A stretch of DNA of 64,000 bases from Octopus vulgaris (taxonomy: Eukaryota). Under the pieces are notes generated by a model. The model saw only the letters and a program-made list of their open reading frames with translations. It ran no database searches and was not told the origin of the DNA. The stretch lies in NCBI GenBank assembly GCA_951406725.2, contig OX597837.1:13764001-13828000 (forward strand), written 5' to 3'. The translations under genes and the position numbers were made by a program. This document shows, piece after piece, positions 1 through 12,691 of this stretch. Numbering within the stretch: position 1 is the first letter of the stretch; every line of letters begins with the position of its first letter.

Positions 1-475
1 GGTTACAGCGTCGGACTCATGGTTGTAAGATTGTGGTTTCAATTCCTGGACTGGGCAATGCAGTGTGTTTTTGAGCAAAACACTTCATTTCACTCAGCTG
101 GCAAAAAATGAAGAATCCTGCAATGGACCAGCGTCCTGTACGGGTGGGGTTATTTATATGCCACAGAGACCAAGAAACCGGTCCTTATGAATCGACATGA
201 TTCAAGAAGGTAACTTTGAGGTTTTTCTAACCCAGCCGTAAATGAGTTCCGTCAATTGCTGGAGAGTAAACCTTGTGACAGACTGGCACCCCATCCAGTG
301 GGTATGTGTAATCTCAGTCATCTATATGTTAAGCTCTGGTTTTGAGTGTCCTACGACTCATGGATACAGCCTGGTCTGGGAACTGAACTCATAACCTCAT
401 GATTTTGGGCCCGACGCTCTAAGGCCATTAATAAATTACACACACACGCATAAGTATGTGTGTGTGTATGGTATG

Positions 476-885
476 GGTGCAGTAGTGGCTGTGTGGTAAG
501 TAGCTTGTTTACCAACCACATGGTTCCGGGTTCAGTCCCATTGCGTGGCACCTTGGGCAAGTGTCTTCTACTATAGCCTCGGGCCGACCAATGCCTTGTG
601 AGTGGATTTGGTAGACAGAAACTGAAAGAAGCCTGTCGTATATATATGTATATATATGCATGTGTGTGTTTGTGTTTGTCCCCCTAGCATTGCTTGACAA
701 CCGATGTTGGTATGTTTATGTCCCCGTTACTTAGCGGTTCGGCAAAAGAGACCGATAGAATAAGTACTGGGCTTACAAAAGAATAAGTCCCGGGGTCGAG
801 TTGCTCGATTAAAGGCGGTGCTCCAGCATGGCCGCAGTCAAATGACTGAAACAAGTAAAAGAGTAAAAAGAGAGAGAGTAAAAGA
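476..885 (+). mobile_element. tRNA-derived SINE, family A (V-domain-like ccttgggcaag core)
   Basis: Pol III A/B-box-like head and internal (TA)/(GT) tract. Other copies at about 12057-12440(+), 23085-23460(+), 24760-25150(+), 41875-42300(-), 60480-60800(-) and 62150-62550(-), plus many fragments. Confidence 0.85.
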
Positions 886-1035
886 GTGTGTGTGTGTGTA
901 TGTGTGTGGGTGTAATAATGTTCTATAAAAACCCATGACTAACTAATTACAGTCTCGTTAAGTAATTAAAGTTAAAACAACAACAACGACAACAAGAACA
1001 ACAACAACACTTGAAAGATTGTTAGTTTGAGTTAC

Positions 1036-1207
1036 CTGAAGGCAGTTTGCTAAAAGCGACGTCCGCAGGGAGGAGGGTGTTGGCTGCCGTTGTTACTCGA
1101 AACGGTAACAAATGCATCGTGCTGTTTGGTATTATGACAGCCAACAAAGCGGTTGTGGGATGCGTTGGTAAGAAGTGCAGCAGATGACCAACTTTGAAAG
1201 CTGCCAT
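1036..1207 (-). CDS. Possible alternative first coding exon (MAAFKVGH...AFSKLPS) within exon 1609-1036
   Basis: Donor CAG|GTAACT at 1035 (phase 1). Upstream 110-nt intron 1719-1610 with GTGAGT donor and cttctcttcccctgcag acceptor. This is the only frame open up to the donor. Confidence 0.4.
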
Positions 1208-1719
1208 GACAAAGATTTGGTGATGATGATGAACACTGTCCACACAGACGACAGAGGAGGAGGAGGGATAGGAGGCAACGGCGGCGGCGATGGCAGGGGA
1301 ATTGAACGAAAGAGCAGCATTAAAGAACACAAGAACTTCACTGGCACCGGCTGTAAATGGCACTCAAAGACAAATATGGCAGCAGAAAACAAGACATCTG
1401 TCGCAGATAAGTTGGAAAAAAACCTTCAAAGTTGATTAAATATGTTGTTGTTTGTATTTGTTTTTTGTTGTTTCAAGCCTTGGTCTTCCTTTTCTTTTGT
1501 TGTTTTTTTTTTTTTGGTTGGGGATGTAAAACTTTTGTGGTTTTCTTTTTGTTTTTATAAGTTCACTTTTTTTGGGGTTTTGGTAATTTTTTTTTGTTTG
1601 GTTTCGAAGCTGCAGGGGAAGAGAAGATGAAGCTAAAAGTGATAAAAAGTCATATATGTCTGTGTGAACGCAGTGCCATCCCAGCCCACAGCGAAGAGGG
1701 GTTGCGGTGAGGCACTCAC

Positions 1720-2090
1720 CTTTACTTCACCACGACTTAAATGAAAAGAGCGATCATGTCTGTGTTTGAAGTTACACTGAGAAGTCGTACTCACGTGAGG
1801 CTTTAATGAGTGACTTCACCCCCCGAGACTTGAAGCTAAATGACCAGAGGTAAGCATTACTAAACAGCACCCAGGTGACAACGGAAAGCAATGCAATGGA
1901 ATGCAAATAATAGGTGGGTGATGGTGGTGGCGACGGTGGTGACGATGGAGTCGGTGGTGGTGGTGGTCGAGGGGGAAGAAAGTGAGAGAGTGCAGGAGCG
2001 GAGTAGGACAGTTGATCTAATGACTGGTCATTTAACAACAAAAATTCTGACCGAAAAAAAACAACAAAAAAAAACCGAAACAAACTAGGA
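1720..2090 (-). other. Probable non-coding first exon of an internal promoter (5' end approximate)
   Basis: Consensus donor AAG|GTGAGT at 1719; unique sequence with stops near the donor. Confidence 0.4.
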
Positions 2091-2946
2091 ACAGAAGCTG
2101 TGTGTGAATGTGCGTGTATATGTGTGTGTGTGTGTGTTGTAATTGTTATGTTCCTCTGTGTGTGTGTGTGTGTGTGAATGAGTGAAAATGTGTATTTGTC
2201 TAAAGCTGTATAGTGTTATAAAGCTGTTTCAGTCTTTGAACTGCGGCCATGCTGGAGCACTACCTCAAAGAGTTTAGTAAAACTAATTGATCCTGGTGCT
2301 CGCTTTTTTTTTTCATAGCCCAATACTTATTTTTTGTTGGTCTCTTTTGCCGAACTGCTAAGTTACAGGAGGAACATAAACACAAAACGCTGTTTTCCAA
2401 GTTGTGGTAACATAATGACAGACACAGTAGTAGTCTTACAAACACACATGTGTACACACACACACATACACACCACACACACCTGACTGGCTCCCATGCT
2501 GGTGGCACATAAAAAGCACCATTCAAGCATGGTTGATGCCAGTACCGCCTGACTGGCCCTCAAGTCCATGGCATGTAAAAAGCACCCACTACACTCTTGG
2601 AGTTGTTAGCATTAGGAAAGGCATCCAGCTGTAGTAACTTTGCCAGATCAAATTGGAGCCTGGTGCAGCTTTCTGGCTTGCCAGCCCTCAGTCAAACTGT
2701 CCAACCCATGCCAGCATGGAAAGCGGACGTTAAACGACGACAATGATGATGAATATGAGGGGTTTAGTTCACTTGTGATCTAAATGAATAGGTATGTTGA
2801 GTAAGTGCTATAGTTGGTCATCTGTTAGGTTCCAAGTTCAGAGCTGAGAATGGATCTAGGGATCCATATTAGGGTTCCTTTATAGCAGGTAGGTGTTATA
2901 TTAGAGGAAAAAGCAAAACCAAGACAGAATTGAAGGAGAATTTGAA

Positions 2947-3022
2947 GTCTTGCAGCCGTTTCTGGGATAACCCAAGTGATAGGTTAGCATGTCCACACAC
3001 TTGGTATTCCATCATCAGAGAC
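2947..3022 (-). ncRNA. Inverted copy of the hammerhead, cleavage triplet altered to GCA (likely inactive)
   Basis: Reverse complement reads GTCT-CTGATGA-stem II-GAAA-CGGCTG-CA-AGAC. Confidence 0.6.
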
Positions 3023-3190
3023 AAGATATGAATATTTTAGGTAAGGAAAATTTAGTTTACAAGGAATTAAATAGAAGAATAAAGAGTAAAGGCAGAACAC
3101 TCTTTATTCTTCTATTTTATTCCTTATAAACTGTGAATATATTTCATTTGTTGCAAACTGTAAGTTTTACCATGTCTAGACTATACCTTA

Positions 3191-3264
3191 TCTCTGATGA
3201 TGGAATACCAAGTGTGTGGACATGATAACCTACCACTTGGGTCATCCCAGAAACGGCTGTAAGA
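3191..3264 (+). ncRNA. Minimal type I hammerhead ribozyme (Penelope-like element-associated)
   Basis: TCT-CTGATGA(3194-3200), long stem II (tggaataccaagtg...cacttgggtcatccca), GAAA(3250-3253), CGGCTG, TA, AGA. The catalytic core is intact, with a GUA triplet and predicted cleavage after 3261. Confidence 0.7.
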
Positions 3265-3340
3265 CTTCAAATTGACCTTACCTTAATTAAATTATGCTAA
3301 ATGACTTGAGATACTCGTTCTGCTTTGGTTTTGCTTTTTC

Positions 3341-3377
<37 letters not shown>

Positions 3378-3380
<3 letters not shown>

Positions 3381-3979
3381 CCATCACCATGATTGACCGT
3401 TAGCCACTAAAGCCTTTTTTTTATTCTCTCTCTGTTTATTTTCTCATGTTCCTTTCTGTCGAAGAGCATAGGCTCAAAACATAAAAGACTATTTCACCTT
3501 CCTGAGTGTTAAACTAATACACCTGCTTGTTGTTTACACATCTGTCTTCGTCTTTTGTCTTTTTTTGTAAATTCTCATGCCTGTGCCGGTGGCACGTAAA
3601 TAGCACCCACTACACTCATGGAGTGGTTGGCGTTAGGAAGGGCATCCAGCTGTAGAAACACTGCCAAATCAGACTGGAGCCTGGTGCAGCCTCCTGGCTT
3701 CCCAGAGCCCGGTCGAACTGTCCAATCCATGCTAGCATGGAAAGCGGACGTTAAACGATGATGATGATGATCGGCCATCACCATGATTGACCGCTAGCCA
3801 CTAAAGCTTTTTTCTTTATTCTCTCTCTGTTTATTTTCTCTTGTTCCTTTCTGTTGAAGAGCATAGGCTCCAAACATAAAAGACTATTTCACCTTCCTGA
3901 GCGTCAAACTAATACATCTGCTTGTTTACACATCTGTCTTCGTCATTTGTTTTTTGTTATTTTTTGTAAATTCCAACTA

Positions 3980-3980
<1 letters not shown>
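3378..3980 (+). repeat. About 200-bp direct duplication (3378-3575 and 3773-3975) of a Penelope-like repeat, separated by a SINE 3' fragment
   Basis: Both copies run ggccatcaccatgattgaccg...ttttgtaaattc; a further copy lies on the minus strand at about 30585-30765. Confidence 0.75.
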
Positions 3981-4026
<46 letters not shown>

Positions 4027-4029
<3 letters not shown>

Positions 4030-4241
4030 GAGGGATGCTGAAAAGTTCCTGGCTTTGGATAAAAAAAATAGAGGAGGATCAGTTAATTATGATTTTATTC
4101 AACATATTCCCTCTAAGATTCACACACTTATTGCAGCGGTCCTTCAGTTTTTCTAAGCCCTGTAAAAGAACTTAGAAGATTGGGCCTCCAATCAGTCTTT
4201 CATGACACCCTTAAAGCCAGGAACTTTTCAGCACACCCTCG
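4027..4241. mobile_element. Tc1/mariner-type MITE
   Basis: TIRs gagggatgctgaaaagttcctggcttt / aaagccaggaacttttcagcacaccctc, in a TA-dinucleotide context. Confidence 0.8.
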
Positions 4242-5490
4242 GATATATAGATATGGCTTCAGCACAATTTCCATCAACCAGTTTCACTCACCGGGTATTC
4301 ATCCACCCAAGGCTTATAATACAAGCAAACTTCTTAATCGCATGGTTATGTTTGCACCTGTTGTGTAAATCTGTACATAAGCCAAACATATTTAAGGCTA
4401 TATATGAATTTAAGTGTGACTGTGTCAGTCTGTATATGTGTGTGTGTGTGTGTGTGTGTGCACAGATTTCACTGTGTGACGTCTTGGGAAAGTGTCCGTT
4501 GTTATAACCTCTGACTGAGCCAAGCTTTGTGGGTGAAGTTGGGTTGAAAGGAAAAGCGTGGGAGTCTGTCGGGTGAATTGAACCTGTGATTCAAAGACCC
4601 ACTTTTGTCACAAACTGATCCTGCTTGGGAATTGTGTCAAGCAGACACAAATATCTTTTATCTTTAATGTTTTTATTTGTTTCAGTCATTGAACTGTGGC
4701 CATGCTGGGGCACTGCTTTAAAGGGTTTAATCAAACAAATTGGCCCTAGTACCTATCATTTTGTTATTTTTATTTTACATCTGGTGTTTATTCTATTGCT
4801 CATTTTTGCCAAACCACTAAGTTACAGGGACACAAACAAACCAGCACTGGTTGTCAAGCGATAGGATGGGGGACGGGAAACAAAAAACACAGCACACATA
4901 CTACGTACACATATATGATAGCCTTCCCCACAGTTTCCATTCATCCATCCATCCATCTTTGCCCACCAGACGTAGGAGGGTCAGCGTCCTTAGGCACCTC
5001 CTCCATAGGGCCTAAACTCAAGAAACTGTTACTCAGTTTTCCAGATGGGTTCCCACGTGTGACCAATAGGGACCACGGATAATTAACAGACCATTTGGCT
5101 CTTGGTCTACTCCCCGGTCTCCAGTCGATTGGCTCAGCTTGAAGAAATCATCCAGGGATCCTTCCATGCAGTATTCCAATGGCATGTCTGGAATACTGGA
5201 GCTGTGATCGGTCACTGTGGAGGAGAGACTCACTGGGCCCTGAGCTATGCACCCTGTTGAGTAGCATTATTCCTTACAGTTTCCATCAACCAGTTTCACT
5301 AAACCAGCCAGGCTCCCCATCAATTACAATGACGAGGGTTCCGGTTGATCTGATCAGTGGAACAGCCTGATTGTGAACTTAATGTGTAAGTGGCTGAGTA
5401 CTCCACTGACATGGCTACAACCATCACCATCGCCACCATCACCAATGCTGCTACTACTAGCACCTACTCTGCAACCATCACCACAACTAC

Positions 5491-6238
5491 CTATTTCTTT
5501 ACTACCCACAAAGGGCTAAACACAGAGAGAACAAACAAGGACAGACAAACGGATTAAGTCGATTATATCGACCCCAGTGCTTAACTGGTACTTATTTAAT
5601 CGACCTCGAAAGGATGAAAGGCAAAGTCGACCTCGGCTGAATTTGAACTCAGAACGTAGCGGCAGACAAAATACGGCGAAGCATTTCGCCCGGCGTGCTA
5701 ACGGTTCTGCCAGCTCGCCATCACCACAACTACCTTTATCACCTCTACTGCCATCACCACCACCACCACCACCACAACTACTGAATGTGACAAGGCCAAC
5801 CCTTTGTAATTACAGGTACAGCTCATTTTTGTCAGCTGAGTTGACTGGCGCAACATGAAATAAAGTGAGTTGCTCAAGGACGCAACACGGTGCCAGGAAT
5901 TGAACTCACAGCATTATGATTGCAAGACAAATACCCTAACCACTGTGCCATGCACCTTCACCAACTGACTCACAATGCATTGGTCAGTCTGGAGGCTATT
6001 GTAGAAGGCAGTGAGCTGGCAGAATCGTTAGCACACCAGGCAAAATGCTTAGCGGTATTTCGTCTGCCGTTACATTCTGAGTTCAAATTCTGCCGAGGTC
6101 GACTTTACCTTTCATCCTTTCGGGGTCGATTAAATAAGTACCAGTTACGCACTGGGGTCGATGTAAACGACTTAATCCGTTTGTCTGTCCTTGTTTGTCC
6201 CCTCTGTGTTTAGCCCCTTGTGGGCAATGAAAGAAATA
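5491..6238. mobile_element. Two oppositely oriented family B SINEs (Meta-domain-like): 5491-5720(-) and 6006-6238(+)
   Basis: Core gtcgactttgcctttcatcctttcggggtcgattaaataagtacc. Other copies at about 15702-15930, 26420-27260 (cluster), 33028-33365, 45345-45572, 53490-53680, 57484-57950 and 60935-61168. Confidence 0.8.
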
Positions 6239-6419
6239 TATTGTAGAAGACACTTGTCTGAGGTGGCACAAAGTGGGATTGAACCCCAAACCACAGGACT
6301 GCAAAGTGTGCTTCCAGCAACTTTAACAAAGTAGAACGTTCAGTTGTTTGGAGCACTGAAGGTGAAACCAAAAGTGGATTCATCATCATGTGTGACCACA
6401 GTATGGCTTCACTATCATA

Positions 6420-6761
6420 TTGATGGTGGTGTGGGCGGTGGTGGTGGAGGCGGTGGTGATGGTGGTGATGGTGGTGGTGGAGGCGGGGGGTGGTTTTGGT
6501 AGTGGTGGAGGCGGTGGTGGTAGTGGTGATGGCAGCTGTGTGTTGGTGGCAGTGGTGGTGGTTTGTGTGTTTTGATGATGGTGGAGGAGGTGGTGGTAAC
6601 AGGGTGTAGGTAGTGGTGGTGGCTGTGTTGGTAGTGGTAGTGGGTGTGTGTTGTAGTAGTGGTACTTTGGCAGTGGTGGTAGTGATGGTTGTGGAAGTAG
6701 TAGCAATAAGGGTTGTGGTGGCAGTAGTAATTGTAGTAGTGGAGTAGAGAGTATATTGGTG

Positions 6762-6796
<35 letters not shown>

Positions 6797-6985
6797 TCGG
6801 GTAGTTGTGGTGGTGGTGGTGGTGGTGGTAGTGGAAGCATGACAATAGCAATTGCAGTGAGATGGTCATGGCGATGGTAGTGATTGTGGTGGTGGTGGTG
6901 GCGATGGTGGTGGTGAGTGGTTGATAGTAGTAGCAGTGGTTGTGATGGTGGTGTTGGTAGCGGTGGCGGTGTGGGTGGTGGTACT
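6420..6985. repeat. Degenerate (GGT/GTA)n trinucleotide low-complexity tract
   Basis: Direct inspection; it generates spurious poly-His/Thr/Pro ORFs. Confidence 0.9.
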
Positions 6986-7104
6986 CAAACAGACGTAAGC
7001 CATGCTATGCCCTTCAATAAGTCTGAGAGGTTATTTTACATCAGCTGACAGTCTGAGAGTTTGCGCTTTGGAGGGGAGGGGCGAGGAAACCTTATATAAC
7101 TATG

Positions 7105-7105
7105 T

Positions 7106-7138
<33 letters not shown>

Positions 7139-7169
7139 CATACATGCATATACATACATACACATATAT

Positions 7170-7261
<92 letters not shown>

Positions 7262-7381
7262 GCAACATATATATATATTCAACACACAAAAAAGGGTGAA
7301 ATATAATTAGTTTAATAAAATTAATAAATTTCACCGAGTAGATTAATTAACCCTTTATTATAATTAATATTATAATTAAAA

Positions 7382-7417
<36 letters not shown>

Positions 7418-7657
7418 CCATCCAAAGCAAACTCTCACACGGATATACGTATATCACTAACTCTCTCTTTCTCTCTCTCTCTCTCTCCATCGCACACACA
7501 CACACACATATATCAACACACACATGCATATATATATGGCCACGTGCATATATAAATATATACACCCACGCACACATCAATCCACAGATTATGTTCGTGC
7601 ACATGTGAGTGTATGTATATATTTGTGTGTATGTATTTGTGTGTGTGTATGTATGTG

Positions 7658-7703
<46 letters not shown>

Positions 7704-7725
7704 TATACGTATACATGTGTATAGT
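7105..7725. repeat. (CA)n/(TA)n microsatellite cluster
   Basis: Direct inspection. Similar clusters at 9325-9545, 14650-15145, 18110-18250, 18628-18692, 19865-20085 and 56870-57170. Confidence 0.9.
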
Positions 7726-8383
7726 TACATTATGAGCGTACTGTGAGGCAGGCAAATTGCTCAAGTAGTCACCCATGGCAACATCATTTCACAAGTTGCC
7801 CATAAACCACTGATGTTATTTAAAGACTTCGCCTATTCATTTATTTATTTATATATTTATTCGTTTTTATTTACTAATTTATTCATTTATTTGTGTTTTT
7901 TTATAGAAGAAGAGAAAAAAATGTGTTTATGTGGTTTGGCTAAAACCGTTAAGACTCGCCCGACAACTAAAATAACGATTAAATAAACGCTTGACCTTGC
8001 TTTGGCCACGAGACACGGATGGGTTCCAACATGCAGCAATGATAGACGAAAGTGCCCTTAGAATTAATTACGAAATTAAACACGTCTAATGAGGATTTTT
8101 GGTGCGCATCCATCTCCTGCTTAACGAAGCACTGTTTGCTATTGGAAGCATTAAAAACTAAAGTGCAAACTATATATATATATATATCTTTGACATATGA
8201 TGTATAAAAACATGTAATATACAAATAAATATCTGTAAATATAAAACCATCCGAATTTCTGAGTACCTCATTTCTTCTAATATAAAATACTTGTACATCA
8301 TCTCCAAATCTTCTAATATATATATATATATATATATATACATTTAAATATTGGCTAAACTGGCAAAATGACCATTCCTAAAT

Positions 8384-8445
<62 letters not shown>

Positions 8446-9620
8446 AATTTGAACCCCTACCCCGAAAACATGTAAAATTACAATATTTATTATAATAGAA
8501 ATGGGAGTGTTAACACAAGAAAGGAGTAGAATTGATTGGATTGACACCAATGTATTACTGGTGTTTACGTTATGGAAAGTCACTGAGAACGGGAGGGATT
8601 CGATCTCGGTGAAGTAGTGAACCAGTTGCCCTTAGATTATTATTATATAACAGGACAAATTGTGTCAGCTGAGGGGAGGAGACTGCAAAAATATAAATAT
8701 ATGAAATAATAACAATTATGCGTGGGCGGAGTTAAACTGAACGACAGTTCCTCTGTGTGTGTGTATTACACATACACACATTCATAATTACTTCAAATTT
8801 TGGCACAAGAGGCACTAATTTTAGGGGAGGGAAAAATCAATTACAGGGACTCCCCAGTGCTCAACTGGTACTTGTTTGATCGACCCGCAAAGGATGAAAG
8901 ATAAAGTCAGCCTCAACGATATTTGAACTCAGAACGTGAAGAGCCAAAACACTACACACACAAACACACACACACACACATATACAGACAAACACACACA
9001 CACACACACACACACTCGCGCGCGTGTACACACACAAGTTTGTGTATCTATACACACACGCTCGCGCTCACAGTATGTAGTACATATTAACATAACGTGT
9101 ATATTTGTTGTGTGGTTTTGAGATGTTCATGCATTTCCCTGAATGTAATGAACACCTGAAATCAATTCCAGCCTCACATCGATTCGGAATACCACCAGAT
9201 CAATTGCTATGTAATATAACAACCAGCGATCATAAATTGTTAACTAATTTACTGTGATTATCGCACCCAGAATGTAAGGGAAGGAGAAATAACTTGGCCA
9301 TATATGTAGGCACAACGTAAGAGTATGCATGTGTGTGTGAGAGAGAAAGAGAGAGAGAGCAGAGTGTGTGTGTGTGAGAGAGAGATAGAGAGAGCAGTGT
9401 GTGTGAGAGAGAAAGAGAGAGAGAGAGGGAGAGCAGTGTGTGTGAGAGAGAAAGAGAGAGAGAGGGAGAGCAGTGTGTGTGAGAGAGAGATAGAGAGAGA
9501 GAGCAGAGTGTGTGTGTGTGAGAGAGAGAGAGAAAGAGAGGAGTTTGTGTGTATGATGCTAGATCGATTGCAAGACAGACTAATGGAATTTAAACATAAA
9601 CACATTGATGGAGTGGCATA

Positions 9621-9653
<33 letters not shown>

Positions 9654-10639
9654 TAGTAGTAACAGCAGTTGTAGTGGCAGTATGCAAATATCAAAAGATG
9701 ATGATGATGATGGTAATGATGGTGGTGGTGATTTTCTTTTTTCTGGTCAGATTTAGAAGAGGCTGAGTCGTTTATGCCTTTCCAGTGAGATTACAAACCT
9801 AAGAACGGTACAGGCCATGTGTACGGCAGATATGCGAGTGATCAATGAAGGCAAGAATCTCAAACTTTTCATTTCCCCTCCACTAAAATATCAGATTGGT
9901 GCCAAGTGAAATAGGAGCCAATTATTTACAAGAGTGCAATGGTTTGGCAAAAAGCATTAGAACATAGAATAAAATTACTTGTGTTATGGTTCTTTGCATT
10001 CTGAGTTCAAACATATACACACCCATGTGGGCAAACACACACACACACACACATGTACGAGTTTCTTTCAGTTCCTGTCTACAAAATCCAGTCAAATGCA
10101 CAGCTGTGTGGTTGAGAAACTGACTTCCTAACCATGTGCTCTTGGATTCAGTTCCAGTGTGTGGCACCTTCGGCAAGTGGCTTCTGCTATAACCATGAGC
10201 AGACAATGCCTTATGAGTGGATTTGGGAGATGGAACCTGCACCATCTGATTGTGGCCGTTGCCAGCCTCGTCTGGCCCCCGTGCCGGAGGCATGTAATGA
10301 GCACCATCCGATTGTGGTCGTTGCCAGCCTCGTCTGGTCCCCGTGCCGGTGGCATGTAATGAGCACCATCCAATCATGGCCGTTTGCCAGCCTCCCCTGG
10401 CACCTGTGCAGGTGGCACGTAAAAAGCACCCACTACACTCACGGAGTGGTTGGCGTTAGGAAGGGCATCCAGCCGTAGAAACACTGCCAGATCAGACTGG
10501 GCCTGATGCAGCCTTCTGGCTTCACAGACCCCAGTTGAACCGTCCAACCCATGCTAGCATGGAAAGCGGATATTAAACGATAATGATGATGATGTTGATA
10601 TAGATATCAAGTCATTAAGAATGGAATTTCCGATTTTCT

Positions 10640-10775
10640 TGAGCACCAGACAGCTCGAAACATCAATGAGATGTTTGGTGAAGATGTGGCAAATGAGCAC
10701 ACTGTACGTTGATGGTTTGAGAAGTTCTGGTCTGCTGACTTTACTCTTGAAAATCAGCCCCGTGGTAGACCTGAG
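10640..10775 (+). mobile_element. Mariner transposase N-terminal (HTH) fragment, decayed
   Basis: TARNINEMFGEDVANEHTVR*WFEKFWSADFTLENQPRGRP resembles the Hsmar1/SETMAR-type HTH. Confidence 0.75.
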
Positions 10776-11902
10776 TCTGAATTCAGAATGTAAAGTTGGA
10801 CGAAATGTTGCTAAGCATTTTGTCTGGCTAACAATTCAGCCAGCTGACCACCTTCGCCACAGTGTTTATATGAACAGACTCATAGTATCTCTAAGCTCAC
10901 TGACCACCAAGTCCTATACTGGGATGGACACCATCAATGATAAGTGCAGAGAAAAAAACAGCTATTGTGTTAGGACCAAGTCAATTTTGCCAGCCTCTGC
11001 TATGGCTACCAATCAGGGTCTCTGAAGGGAGAAGAATAGGGTAAAGAGCAAGGGGAATGCTATTGCTCAGGCGATAATGCAACACCTTAGTCTTAGTGTG
11101 TTGGAGTGGACAGTTTCGTCCTTGATCAGATGGAGACTGAGGAGATTGATCTGGGAGTTGCACCTTGTTACTCGGCCAACAACTTTTCTACTTTAGGACT
11201 GTGGTGTGATCAGGGCTGAACTGGGGCTACACAACAACAATAACAACAACAACAAACTAGTCTCACCAACAATACACTAACATCACATCATCATCATCAC
11301 CATCAGCATCACAATATCACCAAGATGAGGCCACCATTACCACTGCCACCACAATTCAATCATCATACCACCTCCGCCGCTGCCACCACCACCACCACCA
11401 CCAAAAGATCAATATCATTACCACCAAACACCCCCAGAAGGCACGTGGCTTAGTGGTTAGGGTATCTGACTCATGATCGTAGGGTCACGAGTTCGATTCC
11501 TGGTAGTGCGCTGTGTCCTTGAGCAAGACTCTTTATTTCATGTTGCTGCAGCCCCCTCAGCTGGCAAGAATGAGCTGCACTTGTATTTGACACATTTGAT
11601 GTGTCACACTGACTCCCCCCAAGAACTATGTCAAGGGTACATATGTCTGTGAAGTGCTCAGCCACTTGCAGATTAATTTCACAAGCAGGCTGTTCCGTTG
11701 ATCGGTTCAACTGGAACCCTTGTTACTGTAAGTGACAGAGTGCCAGTTAAACACCCTGCCACTACCAAAATTGCTACCCTCACCATCCACATATCCCTAA
11801 TACAACCAAAACATTGTCGTTCTTATCCACACATCACCATCACCAACCATTAGGACATCACTAACACATCACCATTACCACCATCACCACCAGTGTTGGT
11901 CT

Positions 11903-12482
11903 TTAACCCTTTAACATTCAAACCGGCCATATCCGACCCAAACTGGCCAGATCCAACCTTTCATACATATCCCACAATGTGATTCTGAAAAATAAGCAAT
12001 CGCATTATTGAAATCTTGAAGCTATGAGACAATGCATGGTTGATTCAAAACAATGTAGGAGTGGCTGTGTGGTAAGTAGCTTGCTAACCAACCACATGGT
12101 TCTGGGTTCAGTCCCACTGCGTGGCATCTTGGGCAAGTGCCTTCTGCTATAGCCCCGGGCCGACCAATGCCTTGTGAGTGGATTTGGTAGACGGAAACTG
12201 AAAGAAGCCTGTCGTATATATGTATATGTGTGTGTGTGTGTTTGTGTTTGTTCCCCTAGCATTGCTTGACAACCGATGCTGGTGTGTTTACGTCCCCATC
12301 ACTTAGTGGTTCAGCAAAAAGAGACCGATAGAATAAGTACTGGGCTTACAAAGAATAAGTCCCGGGGTCGATTTGTTCGACTAAAGGCGGTGCTCCAGCA
12401 TGGCCGCAGTCAAATGACTGAAACAAGTAAAAGAGTAAATAAGTATGACATTTGACAAAATAATCTGAATGCTAAAGGGTAA
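11903..12482. mobile_element. TTAA-type (piggyBac-like) MITE interrupted by a family A SINE
   Basis: ttaa-ccctttaacattca ... tgaatgctaaaggg-t. Related copies at about 39727-39970, 41190-41756, 44417-44900 and 62000-62625. Confidence 0.6.
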
Positions 12483-12691
12483 AAACAAACGCTTGCCCTG
12501 CTAAAAACTGTAGACAAATCAGATGAATCTCCTTCAAATTGCACCCTGCTGCTTTTACACAAGGAGAAAAAACATGAGATAATGTAGTCCCACATATACC
12601 CAAGTCAGCTCAGCGATCTGATAACCAGAAATTAGGTAATCATGTAAGTTACTGCAACTTGTGTATGGTTAGGCCCTTAGTAAGTAAACTG

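Larger units (their letters stand above)
2897..3350. mobile_element. Foldback repeat, probable inverted Penelope-like terminal repeats
   Basis: Arms about 2897-3030 and 3183-3350 are reverse complements; there is an internal hairpin at about 3055-3132; each arm carries a hammerhead motif; the right end runs into (TA)n. Confidence 0.65.

Noticed and set aside
6210-6869. 219-aa and overlapping poly-His/Thr/Pro ORFs
   Set aside because: They are translations of a degenerate (GGT/GTA)n tract that is open in all three frames, with no splice or domain support.
7092-7776. YIYI/THTH/CVCV ORFs here and throughout the window
   Set aside because: Dinucleotide microsatellite artefacts.
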